From Chiloscyllium plagiosum (lineage: Eukaryota): a DNA stretch of 64,000 bases. The stretch lies in the NCBI RefSeq assembly GCF_004010195.1, contig NC_057718.1:43098395-43162394 (forward strand), written 5' to 3'. The translations under genes and the position numbers were made by a program. Position 1 is the stretch's first letter. Every line of letters begins with the position of its first letter. The notes beneath the pieces are model-generated. The model searched no databases. It was not told the DNA's origin and was given only the letters and a program-made list of their open reading frames with translations. This document shows positions 11,401-25,544 of this stretch, in pieces.

Positions 11401-14400
11401 GTGGCAGAGCAGATTCAGTATCTGATGATTAGTAAGATAATACAAAGTAGACACAAAAAGTCAATCTTCAGTTACTTATCAATAATTTCTGACAAAGCAT
11501 GAGGAAGATGGTGAGCTAACAATATGGTACTTCTGTAAAGCGAGATTTAAGTCACAGAAACTACACTAAAAAAGAAACTGGAAGACCTTAGACTTTTATT
11601 ATGCTGTGCCATGTAAATTTAAAGTATTTTCTGTAAAGCATGAAGTTTGCAGGTACCTGCTGCTGATCCAGCTATCTTTTATTTCCAGTGCTATTTGTTG
11701 ATAGGAGCAGAAGAAAGTGATGGGCAATGTAATGTATTGCTCTCAGCTTGCAAATACTTCGTATAATTTAAGTTCTTGCATGCTATCCATCTTAGGTCTA
11801 TTTGTTGACCTGATTACATCTCTGAAAGCAAACTGGTCAGCATGTGCTCTCTTAAGTGGACACAAAAAGGGATCACTGGCCCATTACAGCTGTGTAAACT
11901 TGAAGCATACATTTTGTTTTGGGGTAGCGGAAACCTGCATTGCTACGGCTGTCAGGACTGAGTTTTAGTATGCAACCTGTTGCAACACTGACTCCCCTGT
12001 GGCATGCTGCAGTTCATTTTCCAAACATGCAGCATTGTTTTTAAATATGGAAATATATGGCCATCATTATTGGTGCATTTCTTCAAACGTGTCCAGCATT
12101 TGAACCTCAGGCTATAAAAATGTTGATCGGAAAATGGCAGCAGTCAGTTGATGAATGCAGAAGAGAGAAGCATAAATCAGTGCAGGGCACTTCTCTCCTT
12201 GTTCTCCACCCCCGCCCCCTCTCGTGTCCACCGAGAATTGTTGTCTATTGGTTCAGAAAATGGAGAAATGAATCTAGCAATACCCAGTGCTGGTTAGCAG
12301 ATTGTCATTTTTGGGTTTGATGTTCTTTGGTATAATTGTCTTTCATGTGAACAATGGCAGGAGATCTCTGGTGAGCCATGGAAGCATGATAAAAGAGGCT
12401 GATCTTGCATAGCAATGTCTTTTATTATTAGTGTATAAAATTAGCAAGCTGGATGTTGTTAGAATTAGCTTTACTGATGTTAATTGTAATGCAGTATGAA
12501 TTCTGTTAGCAGATTGTGCAGTAATTCTTTGTAAGACGATAGCTGCAACGATAGGTACTATTAATAGCCTTTTACTTATATTGTATCGTTTTAGTAGGCT
12601 TTAATAAGGCAGTCACCGTCAACGGGAATTTATTAGAAAAGTATAGTAATTGATGTATTGCAGCAAGTATGGGCAGAGGCTGAAGTTGATTAATGTATGA
12701 GTTGGCTTTTTTAAGGCAGTTTAAAAAGGCTTCTTAACTGGGTCTTCGGAGACCAACACAAACCTACTGTAAACTACTTCATTCCAGTCGGAAAATGACT
12801 TGACAGCTGCTCCAGTCTCTGGTGGTTTTGCTTTTCTGATCAGAGAAAATTGAAGTAATATAGTACTCATCAATAATTGCAGTGCTTAAAAATCTTATAA
12901 AGGGATTTTGACTGTTTTCCCCCCTGGAGATAAGTTTTCAAAGGTTAAATTAGTTTTACTTGCATTTGCTTCATATATTCAACCTAGAGTAAGGATCAGT
13001 TGTGCTTTAAATGGACTGCTGGTTGTGAGTTGCATGAAATTAACATCTTTGTGACTATCTACAGTGTTTAACTGCAAAGTGGTCTCTTCTGGGCAGCCAG
13101 TCTTTGTGGCTGCCATACCATAAAGAGACTATACATTAAAAGCACAACAGGGAAACAGGGAGGGAGTCATAGCGATGGTATTCTCTATTAAAACTATACA
13201 GTGCCCCCAGCAATTCCATCATTTTGCGATGAACAAAGGCCTGAGCAAGATACCTTTGTGAATACTTTGTATATTTATATATTTCATGAAGAAGATTAAA
13301 TAGCATATTCAAATATCTAAATGCTAAGCAGTATAATAGAAACATTCTGTTTGCACTTTTGTCTGATGTTTTATATATTTTTAAGCAAAACTATCAATAC
13401 TGAATGTTAAAGTAATTTTATCACAGAGCTAAGTTGTGGCTTATTGTTTTTAGTTGAAAGAAAAATGTGGACATTTACACAAGTTTATAGTGGCTTTGCG
13501 ATAAATTATAGCATGACCATCTCCTGGCGCTGAAGTTTCTGGCCAAGAAATGTCATGTACAGTAAACAAACAACTATCTCGCATTGTGTGAACAAAAATG
13601 GTATGGAAGACAAAAGTGCCAGACAATGTTTAACAGCTGCCCTCTTGACGCTTGTTCCAAAATGCTTCCCAACAGAATATGCATTTGGTTTGCCTGGTAA
13701 ATTGCCCTGAATTTATTTTTAATTGTATTTTCTTCAGTCGTATTGAAAGCATTGTTCTGTATCTCTGGAGCATTTTCTCACATATAATCCTTCAGAGAAA
13801 GTTGGCATTGTTTCTCTTAGTTTTCCTTTTGAAAAGCCTACTGATACACATATGCCTTCTATCAATGATAAACAGTTTAACAATGTTTCATATTTATTTG
13901 ACAGTTATACTATGATTCCTAAAGTTGTTGGATAAAGTCATTTGATGTTCTGCAGACACCTAAAACGTGCAAGTTAAGCAGGTATTTACTGATAGTGAAA
14001 GAATTGGAAAAACAAAAAGCATTTTATTGCACATTGGTATTATACTTCTCAACTGCCCCACATTTTCTGAGACATCACAGAAAGAATCTCTGCTGAGATT
14101 GACTGATTCAGTTCTTATTGACCAAGCGTTCATCTTATTAAAGCAGAGTTCTCTCAATAATTCTTTAAAATAAGCCTTGACAAAAAAAACTATTTATAAT
14201 GGCTGCAGCCAGTAGCAGGTGTCCCTCACTACAGGTAAATTTTGGATATTATTATAGCTTTTATCCACATTGACTAATAAAGAAATTTACTGTTGAGCTT
14301 AAAGTGTGGAAGATATGAGGAAGGTATTATTTTTGATTTTGGCTTTATTTGATTTTGCTGGGTTAATTTTCTCAATTTGCCTTGCAAATTGATTTATGAA

Positions 14401-14922
14401 AGAATGCATCTTTTCTTGTTTACTTTCAGCTTTGGTAAAAATCTCTGGGATTGCATTTATGTTAAATAATGCTGTCAATTAAGTTTTAGTTACAGTATTC
14501 GAATGGCCATTTTACCATGCTGACATCCTATGTTAGCAATTTCTAAGTACAAAATATATGACCTCTCTTCTATCTCCGATTTTCCAACCTATCCAAAACC
14601 CCCAATGATGTAAGTCCAGTCGAGGTCATTTTATTGAGTATGCGTAAATATCATGTATTTTCGGTTCATTCCAAAATCTTAATTTTTTTTTACTTCTGAC
14701 TGCCTATGGACAGTATTTCCTTGCTACATGGGCAAGCACCTGGTTTTGAGGTTTTGGTGAATGATGTGCTTCATCTTAATATGAAGCGAAGTGCACGACT
14801 AGTTTCTGCTGACATGTCTTCTTAATGTGTAATAAAAACTATGCATGGGTAATATTGGGATCATACTGCAGGCCGCCTGCATCTTGCAGCTACCCACCTT
14901 TTCCACGGAAAATGAATACTAA

Positions 14923-15201
14923 GGGCTGGATTTTAATTCAGAGGGGGAAATCATGAGTCAGTTCGCTTCTTAACTTGCAATTCTCTCCCAACCTGGTAGT
15001 ACCCTCCAATGGAATTTTTGTTGTGTGCAGTGGCAAGGTTGTGCTGGAGACAGGGACACCATCTGTTGACGGAGGAACAAGGTAGCAATGTGAGTGCTTG
15101 CTGAGGCTGCCTGTGTTCTCTGAAACATCTTCTCAGTTTCGTAGATGACTGATAGCTCTCACTCCTCATTTCTGCTCCACCAAAATCATAAAATTCAGCC
15201 C
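14923..15201. mobile_element. Non-autonomous DNA transposon (Harbinger-like MITE)
   Basis: Terminal inverted repeats GGGCTGGATTTTA / TAAAATTCAGCCC (12/13). No clean TSD. Confidence 0.55.
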
Positions 15202-15227
15202 ATCGTCAGCACTCACCTTCCAATGAA

Positions 15228-15497
15228 CCAGACCCATACAGTATACCCGCAACCCCACATTTACCATGCTAGTCCACCTAGCCCTACACATCCCTGAATG
15301 CGACGGACAGCTTCACCATAGCCAATCCCAATCAATCTGCACATCTTTGGACTCTGCGAGGAAGAGCACTCAGTGGTAACCCACAGAGACATGGAGGAGA
15401 GCATCCAAACTCCACACAGATGGTCACCCAACGCTGGGATTGAACTTGGGTCACTGGTGCTGTGATGCCGCAGTGATAATCGCTGAGCTACCATGCT
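15228..15497 (-). mobile_element. HE1-type V-SINE (diverged)
   Basis: The tRNA-like head (agcatggtagctcagcg...) and V-domain (gtgtggagtttg...gggttacc) match the other HE1 copies. Confidence 0.85.
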
Positions 15498-16634
15498 AAT
15501 CTAAGGTTCAAACCCCCATTTGTCTAAATTCTTTGTTTGACAAGTCAAACATGTGTGTCTCTGAAAGAGTCCAGAAGATGTTCATCCTATTTCAAAGATT
15601 TTGCTGCATTCATCTCTAGAGCCTTTGTAGGCAGGTTGTACAGTGGTACCCTATTTGAATACATGGCTCAGTTTCAATGCCCACTAATCAGTTGCTGGGA
15701 AAGGGGGAGGGAATCCCAGAATCTCTTCCTACCTGCCAGTTTTAAACCTGACCAGTTCCATTTTGACACAGCTGAGGATATGAAAATCCCATTCAAAGTT
15801 TCCAGATTTGCATAGGTTTGCAACTTGGACTGTTGTTCACAAATAGTGCTTTTGACATCATTTTAAGTCAGACACATTTTAGTAGTTTGGGAACCAGAGT
15901 AAATTAGTTGGATACCTGATATAAATATGGGTCAGTTTCAAGGCTTTTCTATCATTCTCAAGTTCCTCAGTGTTGAATTTGTCTATTATAAAACCTGCCG
16001 GTGAATGCTTGATGATGACAATCAAGAGGCACACCTGTCCTGATGTGGATTAAAGACATTGCAATTGAACTTAACTGAGTACGTGATTATTTAAAATGAT
16101 AGTGGGCTTTTTATACGTATTCCTGGTTGTATCGGGAAGTTGATTTTTGGAACTGAGAGAAAAGTTCTATCCTGGCCCTTGTTCCCTAATATCCTCTCAC
16201 AACAAGAGGGCCATAAAGAGAAGTGAGTGAAGGAGGTCAAAGGAGTCCTTATTCCAAATGCATTCACAGGACCAAACCATCTTTCCGCCAGAGGGGACGT
16301 TTGAACAAGTGATAATTTTTACGTCACAGCACCAGATGGACTGCAGCACAGGGTCACACATTTCAAAGCCTGACGCTCAGATGATGAATGTGGATCAAGA
16401 GTTTTTACACCACAGGGATATGATGGGTGGTGGCAAGTGGTAGACACACTTTGTCAAAGTAATTAGTACAGTTCCTTCATTGTGGAAACAGCAAAGTAGG
16501 AGATCAGGATTCTGGGCTTCTCCACACCTGGTGCAGCTTTTAATGCCAAGCTCGGTCCTCAGGAGCTTGGAGAATGCACGAACGAGAGGGATGTCCGTTC
16601 ATTGGCTGTGTAGCACATAATGTTGGCCTAGCTT

Positions 16635-16658
16635 GTGTGTGTGTGTGTGTGTGTGTGT
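16635..16658. repeat. (GT)12 microsatellite
   Basis: Read directly. Confidence 0.95.
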
Positions 16659-18204
16659 AGCATTCATCCTGCATCAGCTCCCAATAGATCCTCACTGCAG
16701 TTGCTGTCTTGGGTGATTAGTGGACTGCTTTTGTAAAGAATAATATGCTGTGATCCATGGTTCAGGAGAGCTTTCAGGAATCTATCACAGACCACAGAGC
16801 TGTGATTATGACTCTATCACTGGAGCCATGCCTGTATCTGAGGTTGGCACAAATCAACATCCCAAAACCTTGGATGTTCAGCATGAAAGCAGCCTGCATG
16901 TAGTTTTGAAATTGCTGAAGAATGTTATACACTGCATAGGTACACTGTATGCTTTAGGTCTTGAAAAGGGGCAAAAAACTGGGCTGAAGGATTAGAGATA
17001 TAGCTAAAAGTAGTGTCATAAGGTGCTGAGGAAGAGCAAAGGCACTAATCCTGTCAGCACTAGAACTGTATACCAGCAGATAATTCAGAAAAGCAATCAT
17101 CCCACCCCTACCCTGCCCCTATTCATACCAACAGCCCCTCCTACCATCAGACCCAGTCCTTCCATTCTCCAGATGAATGATCACAACTTAACCATCACCA
17201 TTGGTATTTTACACACATCACATAATCTAGTCAATAAACAATGAAGCTTTACAAAACAGGAAATTCAATGATCTGTAATGCCAAATTGGCGGAATATACA
17301 TACAAAATCTAAGTGTCACCCTGAGTTCTAGCCTGAAGTACTATTCTTACTCATCTTGTACTTAGCAAAGTGTTAGCCTACTATCTACAGGTTGAGAGAT
17401 GCAAGTCTGTTGTATTTCCACTGAGGATGCTTGGGATGGATATCATGGGTGACCTTGAGGAGCTCAGGCCCAGGAGTGTTTGGTTGCAGACTGCAGCATC
17501 TTCTCAGCTGCCAGAACAGTTTAGTTCAGCTACTTTTTTGACACCAACAATAAGCCTGGTATCAAGAGGTGGTAAATTGAGAAAAAATTACAACACGTGC
17601 CTACTCCTGAGAGGGTGATGCTATTACCACCAAATGAATTGTGCTTTGAGTGTTTACCTGTCTGAGTTCCTTAAGATCACTTACAATGGATGGCTATCTC
17701 GAGCACCCACATTGGATACACAGCAGCCATCTATTTGTAGCCAGTGGTTTAACACTTGGCTGGAACATGAGATGAGCATACAGAGTATTGAAGTGTTGTA
17801 GCAGTTTGGAACTCCATACCTGTGCTTTCCTTCTTCCTTCAGCAAGCTATAAGGGATTGAAGAAAGCTACAGCCTGAAAGTGTCTGAACTCAGCTTCTGA
17901 GCCTCCATGGAAATTGTTAGAAATTTCACAACTGCAACCTAGCCCTTGAAATGAAGTGTTTATCTTTTCAGAGACCAGATCCTTTCAGGCCCTGGCTTCC
18001 TCCAACTCCCTGCAACTTGCTTAAATAAGAAGGAAAACATCTTTTCAGACACTGGTCTGACTATTTACCTTGCTGACCACCTCCTATCATTCAATAATAA
18101 GATGTCCATTGACTTATTGTTCTTTTCCACAAGGACTTACATACTTCGGACTGAAAATCATTGCAGCACCCTTTTGGAGTACATTCTTCATGTTCAAGTT
18201 CAAA

Positions 18205-18507
18205 TGGGAGGCAACGGCCTTATGATATTATCACTGGACTGTTAATCCAGAGACCCAGGTAATATTCTGGGGACTAGGGTTCAAATCCCGCCACAGCAGA
18301 TGGTGGGATTTAAACTCAATAAAAATCTGGAATTAAGAGTCTAAACGATGACTGTGACCTCATTGTCAGTTGTCAGTAAAACCCACCTGGTTAACTAAAG
18401 CTGTTTCGGGAAGCAATTGGCCATTCTTATCTATGTGTGACTCCAGACCCACAGCAATGTGGTTGACTCTTAACTGCTCTCTGGGCAATTAGGGATGGCT
18501 GAGCTAG
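18205..18507 (+). mobile_element. tRNA-derived SINE (second family)
   Basis: B-box-like ggttcaaatcc, and body gtgactccagacccacagcaatgtggttgactcttaactg shared with the copies at 42518, 42880 and 58497. Confidence 0.8.
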
Positions 18508-20507
18508 TGAATGAGTTGAAAAAAAGTACTGGAGCCCATGGTACTGGCAAAGTAGACAATGCTGAAAGGAAGTGCAGACTATAACCGAATTCTTGCATTT
18601 CCTCTCCACCAGGAGATGAACTGCTAGTAACCAGTTGGAACAGCCATGATGTTAGTTACAAAAATTAGACAGAAAGCAGGTCAATTAAATTTCCTCATTT
18701 AGGGTCCTGAAGGAAGACAGTGACGCCACATTTTTGCCTGTCCAAGTCCAATGAATTTGATAAACCATGTAAATTCTATGAAAGTTTGAAGCTGCATTAA
18801 AGTGTGTGCTATTGAAATACAGCATCGAGTAGCATATTACTTTAAACGTGTCCTTTCATCAATTTTTTTCTGTTTGCAGTGGCTGTTTGTGTATGGTGAA
18901 TTTGGAAAATGATACAAAGTGTCTTGGATGATGATGATAAAAAATGACCCTAATTCTTTTTAAGAAGGAATTATGCAATACTTGAAGTTAGCACTTGCAG
19001 TTGTTCCCCTATCCACTCCCCTATCCGACTCTATCTTCCAAGATCTGAATCTTGGCCGAGCATTCAGAAGAAGGATGATTGTATCAGGACGATGGAAGTG
19101 AAGCCAGTAAATGAGTCAAACTCGCTCTCTTGTCAGACTTTTATGTGTTCTAGCAGATGAGGAGAGTACAGTGCCCAGAAAGTGATTTTCTGTCCATTCT
19201 CTTTGGTTTGGAGAGAACCTGAACTAGGTGTCAGTTTTTGTAAAAAAACTTTCCTTTGTTGAGGAAGGAAAAGTTAAATTCCTTCTGTCTTCTAAAAATG
19301 AATTTGTATATGAAATATAAAACATAATTCCTCTATGAAAGACGCATGTGCTACTTGCAACTAATTGTTTTATCGCCACTTAGGAAATAAGTGGCCAATT
19401 TTCACTGGCAATGTGTTATGCCACAGAGTGGTGGCTGATGGGATTGCATTTACAAATCCTTCCCAAATGTTGGGTTCGGTGGATGCCAGGCACCAGCCTA
19501 CAGGAAGGGAGAAGTGTGAGCCAGACTAGAACACTTCTGCACCCCCTGGTGGCTAGCTCAGAACAACATCTACAGTGCTCTGGGATCAGATCGACCAATC
19601 CCTGCATTGTAACCAGTGTGCAGAACAGAGAGATCAAACTGAGGAAGTTTGTAACTGAAGAAGGTTGGAGGACTCCGAGGAAAAAAAGAGAAAAAAACTA
19701 ATTTCTATTGGGTTAAATACACACTCATTATTCTTTCCCATTAACTAAGTGAATGATCTGTAATAGTTTTGACAATCAATGTAGAAAATGCTGACTATGC
19801 CTGATTTTAAGGTAGCCGACAGGTGGAATCAAGCTAGCAATGCAAAAGTGGCATCAAATCACTTACTGTCTCCTTTATGATGACTGCTAACATCTTGGAA
19901 GAGGCCTTATGATGGATGACAGGCACATCTGCCTGTTGTAGAGGTAGACACTTTTAATACGTAAGTTATGTCCCCTGTACATGTCTAGATAGCAATTTCA
20001 ACAAATCTTTTCTCATTTATTTTTTGTGAAACCAGGTGGAGACAATCCCGACTCCGCTGCAGTACTTTGGATTGCTGCCTCCTTACTCACTTATCCCATA
20101 TCTCCCATGATCAGCTCTCCCACCCTTCATTATCAAACCCACATGCTGCTGGCCTGCTCAGCTCTGCAGTTTGAGGGGTGAGGTGGAACATGTTGTATGT
20201 TTACAATGTACAATTCACTGGGGCCATGCAAAGCTAGTCCAACGGTCAATGGCAGAAAGGTCATAATCTACGTCATTATCTCTACCCTCTGTGCATGCAC
20301 TGCTCACAAGTAAAGAATTGGTGTTGTTTAGGAAACTCCAAAGTCTCTGTGTATCTACCGATGTATGTGTGTACGAGAGAGGGATGGAGATAGAAAGAGA
20401 CTGAGGGTGGAATTTTGACATTCGGGGAAGGAAACAGGAGTCACAAATGTTCTGTGATCTTGAACATGTCCCCAGGGTTCACAGTCATGGGAATTTGACC
20501 AGGAAAT

Positions 20508-20960
20508 CCGTGGCTCATTTAGTCACACTCTTGCTTCTGAGTTGCAAGGTACATGTTTCAATTCCCTGTCCGGGGCTGGAGAGGAAAGGCTGGCACTGGC
20601 GTGCAGTGCTGAGGAAGTATTGCATTGCCAGACATGCCATCTCTCAGATGAGGTGTTCCTGAGGCCCTATCTGCCTGTTCAAATGGATGTAAAATATCTT
20701 ATGGTGCTATTTTGAAGATGGACAAGGGAGTTCTCCTCAGTGCCCTATCCAATATTTATCCTTGATCAGGATCATAAAGACAGATTGCTTGGTCATTATC
20801 ACATTGCAGTTTGCAGGGATTTGCTGTGTGCTAATTGGGTGCTGTGTTTCCTGCATTGCTACAGTAACGTCAGTTCAAATGTAAGTATTTCATTTGCTGT
20901 AAAGCACCTTGATGCGTCCAGTGATTGTGAAAAATGCTATGTAAATGTAAGTCTTTACTT
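20508..20960 (+). mobile_element. Deu-domain SINE (SacSINE1-like), near full length
   Basis: tRNA-like head, Deu-domain-like gagttctcc...aatatttatcc...cagatt..tggtcattatcacattgc, and L2-type tail gctatgtaaatgtaagtc. Confidence 0.8.
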
Positions 20961-23900
20961 CTATTCTTTTTACAGAGCAGCCTTTTGCTGTGTCCACACC
21001 AGGAGGGCAGGGAAGATGTGAAGGCCTGCCTACAATACTGGCTTCCTGGCATGGCATGGGATCCAGGCAGTTAAACCCTCCCGTGTTGCCTTGGCAAACT
21101 GGAGGTTGAGTGTAAAATTTCACATGACCTCCTTTAAAGTGCCATGAATAAGTCCCTTAAGGAAGTTGCCTGGATCATGGAACAGATACTAGTCTGGCCT
21201 GCGCTGAATCCCCCTAAGCATAAAATGGCCGTGCCAGGAGCAAGGTCTGGATTCTGGCAGCTTGTCTGCTGGCAGTATGTTGGGGTTCTGCCCCCTTGTC
21301 TCTATCCTGGGCAAGGCTAGAAAATTCAGCATTAAATGCCAATGTGTATCACATGCTTTAAGATGATAACCTTTGGCATTGCACAAAGATGAAAGTCTTT
21401 ATGTTACTCAGTTTTTTTTAGTGAGAGAATATAAATGATGCTGCATAGTTACTGTTAAGGATATCATTTTATTTTGTGGGCTCAGGTGGAAGTAGTGACT
21501 GAACTTTATGATAAATTTGGTCACTCTGATTAAAGTACTGATATTATTTCTGTACATTTTTTCAGGCTGTGGCTATTGATTGTTTTAATATTAGTAATTG
21601 ACATGTTGGGATTTGTGAAATATGACACAATATTTTGTGAAGACTGGAATGCAGCATCATGTCTTGTGCATTTTTTCAGCTGACATTTAAAACTTATTCA
21701 AATGCTGCAAAATTAACAAAGCATGTTCACTGTTAGTTTTGTTATCACATCAATAATGTCAACTGACTTTGACAGAAAAGAATGCAAACTTGTTGGATTA
21801 GAGTTAATTCAGTAGCAACCACTTGTTTTAATTTGAAATCAAAGAAGTGAAGATGTCCACACAATCCTGCATTTCAAACAATAATGCAGACTCTTAAATA
21901 TTTTTCCAGCTAACAAATAATTTACCACAGTCAATGTTTATTTGATGATGATACTGAAAATGAAAGAGCTGTGCCTAGACCTAATTTTGACACTGTTGAT
22001 ATGGAATCAAGAAAATCTTTCCAGCATTATGAAAAGAAACAAAAAAAAGCTGCAGTCCAAGAGATTTTTTTCAATGCTGTGCGGCTATAATTGTTAAACT
22101 AGCTAAAACGATATACATGTAGAACATCAGGGTGGACAGACTTGCCCTCATTTCCATTGCTTTTCTGTGTTCGATCTGGAGGAATGCCTCCTTCAGATGA
22201 CCTGGCTGAGATGGGAAGGGTCAACAGATGTAGGATTACTGGGAAGAACCAGTTTTGTACCAATTTAATGCAAGATTTCTCTGTGCCGTTCCTACATTCC
22301 TGCTCACAGTTTGTTTTATTGTACTGAAGTTGATTGTAATGTTTTGGGGTTAGCTATTCTTTTTAAACAGGATAGATTTACTGTTTAAGTGTAGATAACT
22401 TCCAAAGGATTACCTTAACAAATGGTTCAACAGAATCACTGCAGTATGCTTTCAAACTTGATTGCAACTTTTTTGAGGCAGGGGCTGGTTTCAATTTGGC
22501 AAGGCTTGGATGGTATGCCTCTTGATTATAGCAATTGGGGTCCTATGCTACAGTTAGAGTGCTGATCACATTTATCAGGGACATATGGACAGTGGGCATT
22601 AAGGATCCTTAAAGGCACCTCTACTGGCTACCCCCAAAAAACTATTCCAAGACATTTCTCAGGTCACTGCAGGTCTCTGCCTGTCAGATCAGGACGTACT
22701 CACCTTCTTATTTGCTGGCCTCCCTCAGTCAAATTTCCCTTTAGCCTGATTCACTTATCTTTCTTGGCATCAGAATGCCTCATTGGACTGTAACTCCATT
22801 TCTAACCTACTGCAAATTTATTTAAAAGTAAGTGAACAAAAGGTGATGGCACATTGTTGAATGCAATGGACACAGGCTAAGCATTCTCCCTTCAAATTAT
22901 CCAGAATAAAAAAAAGTGAAGCAATGCAAATTTGTTGGAACAAAGGCCTTAATTTGAAAGGGTAGTGGGAATGATGCACAATGTCCAAAGATGCACCTAA
23001 ACTCGAGTGACTGAGAGGCGCAGTCAGTTTTCCTGGTGGAAAATAATTTAAATATATTCCTCATATCCCGCTCTGCACTTATCCAGATTCACTATCTGTC
23101 CAAAGGAACGGTGACTCTGAACTAAGTAGGCCCCCTCCTACTTTTAGTGTGACCCTTATTGATAGCTTGAATTGTCACCATAACAATCATGGTGGCTGGA
23201 AATGCTGCGGGTTGAAGCCAGTAGTTCGATTTTTAAACTTTTAAAGACTCCTAACATTACTTTGCAGTGAGTCAGGGGGTGGAGGTGAAGTGAGGGGAGG
23301 GGTTAAAATCCTGGTCTGGGTCTCTTGGTATTATTTTCAATGTTTTCTTTATTCAGTGTAAGCTTGCTGTTGATACTCCTTGGAGTTTCACTAACATACC
23401 TCTCTTCCTCATGGTTTATGACAGCCTACACAATTCATTTTTAAAGAAAACTGTGTAAAACAAGTTTCAACTCGTGTTCTCATATCCTCCAAACCAGCTG
23501 CTAATATGACACAAAACGCATAAGGTGTTTGTAGTTGAATTGGCTGAATTTAGTGTTTTACTGATTGACCTTCTGGTCAGACATAGCATCTATATTTTGT
23601 AGCTACTGTATCAGAAAAGGTGGACCATTTTCTGTGATTGGGCCTATTTTATAACACCAAGAAAGTAGGCAGTTCCATTCTCTCCAGTTTCACTCAGGAA
23701 GGAAAATAATGCACTGAATTGTAAAGGTGTAAGCAAAGTGAAACTATCTCAAAACGTTTTATTATTCATTCTTTCATGTTTCTCAGTCTTTTGATTTTCC
23801 AATAAGATTGGAACTTTTCTTTTAATCACTTTTTCCCTTTATCCATAAGAGAACCTTTTTGATCTTTAAATTAAAAAGTAACATTCCAGTGATAACAATA

Positions 23901-24730
23901 ACAATAGTGAATAACTAAGTGCATTCTTTTGATCTGTTCTCAACGTATATTTTTAAACAGTTTATTTTAGATAAGAGCATAGGAAAAATTATTTACATAT
24001 TTGATAACCATTTTAATAGCACTAAGACTGTGAATGCTATCAGAACTTGAAATAATTCTTTAATATTTAGCGATAACACTTTTGAGCATGTTTTGACGTT
24101 ACGTGCATGTTTTTCTGTTAAGTGCACATGACCAGTTGGATTTGATAAGACCAAAGACTCTGGAGTCAGTTGTCTGTGTTCTTGTTCACAAAGTTAAATA
24201 AAGAATGAACAGTGAACAATGTACCACAGTGGAAGTGGCAGTGTAGTACTACATAGATGTATTTTCAATGGAAAGTACATACGAGCAGTGTACTTTAAAC
24301 TATTTTTCTTCAACCAGTGTATTTAAATCTGCTAAAGTAAAATATTTTCTTTGTTCCTAATACTTTTAATTCAGTAACTTGTTAGATATTCGTTTTCAGG
24401 ACTGTTAATGCTTCAGCACAATATCAAAACATGCAAGTAAATTATAGTCTGTCTGATTATTGGGGCCATGTTTGGTGTAGAAGATACTGAATTGTCGAAA
24501 GAAATCATAAATTTCTGAAATTACGTGCCAAGAATATTTTAATATAACTCCCTGTTTTGTAAATTAATATGTTTTTAACTGAATCATTCTTTACATGACA
24601 TTACCTGTGTGTGCAATCTCCCCAGGCTGTATATTAGATGGTGAGATATTTTGGGGAATGGCGTAAGATTGTGAGTGAACCCTTTTCTAACCAAGCCCCA
24701 GATGTCGAGATGAGATATTTGCCTGTTATT

Positions 24731-25544
24731 CATAGAATCCCTACAGTGTGGAAGCAGGCCATTTGGCCCATCAAGTCCATACTGACCCTCTTGTATAGAT
24801 CCCACCCAGAACCAGATTCACCCCACCTACCCAATCCTATCCTTATAACCCTGCATTTCCCATAGCTAATCCACCTAGCCTGCACAACCCTGGACACAAT
24901 GGGCAATTTAGCATGGCCAATCCACCTATCCTGCATAACCCTGGACACTATGGGCAATTTAGCATGGCCAATCCACCTACACTGCACGACCCTTGGCACA
25001 ATGGGCAAGTTAGCATGGCTAGTCCACATATATGCATGATCCTGGACACAATGGGCAATTTAGCATGGCTAATCCACCTACCCTGCATGACCCTGGACAC
25101 TATGGGCAATTTAGCATGGCCAATCCACCTACATTGCACGACCCTGGACACAATGGGCAAGTTAGCATGGCTAGTCCACATATATGCATGATCCTGGACA
25201 CAATGGGCAATTTAGCATGGCTAATCCACCTACCCTGCATGACCCTGGACACTATGGGCAATTTAGCATGGCCAATCCACCTACCCTGCACGACCCTGGA
25301 CACTATGGGCAATTTAGCATGGCCAATCCACCTACCCTGCACGACCCTGGATACTATGGGCAATTTAGCTTGGCCAATCAACCTAACCTGCACATCTTTG
25401 GACTGTGGGACCACCTGGAGGAAACCCACGCAGACACAGGGAGAATTTGTAAACTCCACACAGACAGTTGCCCGAGGTTGGACTTGAATCAGGTCCCTGG
25501 CGCTGTGAGGTAGCCATGCTAACCACTGAGCCACCATGCTGCCC
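24731..25544 (-). mobile_element. HE1-type V-SINE with internally amplified tandem array
   Basis: Head gggcagcatggtggctcagtggttagc at 25544, V-domain, and tail ...cacactgtagggattctatg at 24731. Confidence 0.92.
24888..25395. repeat. Minisatellite of ~10 units of 50-51 bp with a 152-bp higher-order repeat
   Basis: Unit starts at 24888, 24939, 24990, 25040, 25091, 25142, 25192, 25243, 25294 and 25345. Consensus ccctggacactatgggcaatttagcatggccaatccacctaccctgcacga. Confidence 0.95.

Noticed and set aside
16700..18000. Possible further Harbinger remnant
   Set aside because: Only faint motif similarity on hand translation, too weak to call without a profile search.
18205..18300. tRNA gene (A/B-box-like sequences here and at HE1 heads)
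   Set aside because: These are SINE heads continuing into SINE bodies, with no complete cloverleaf.
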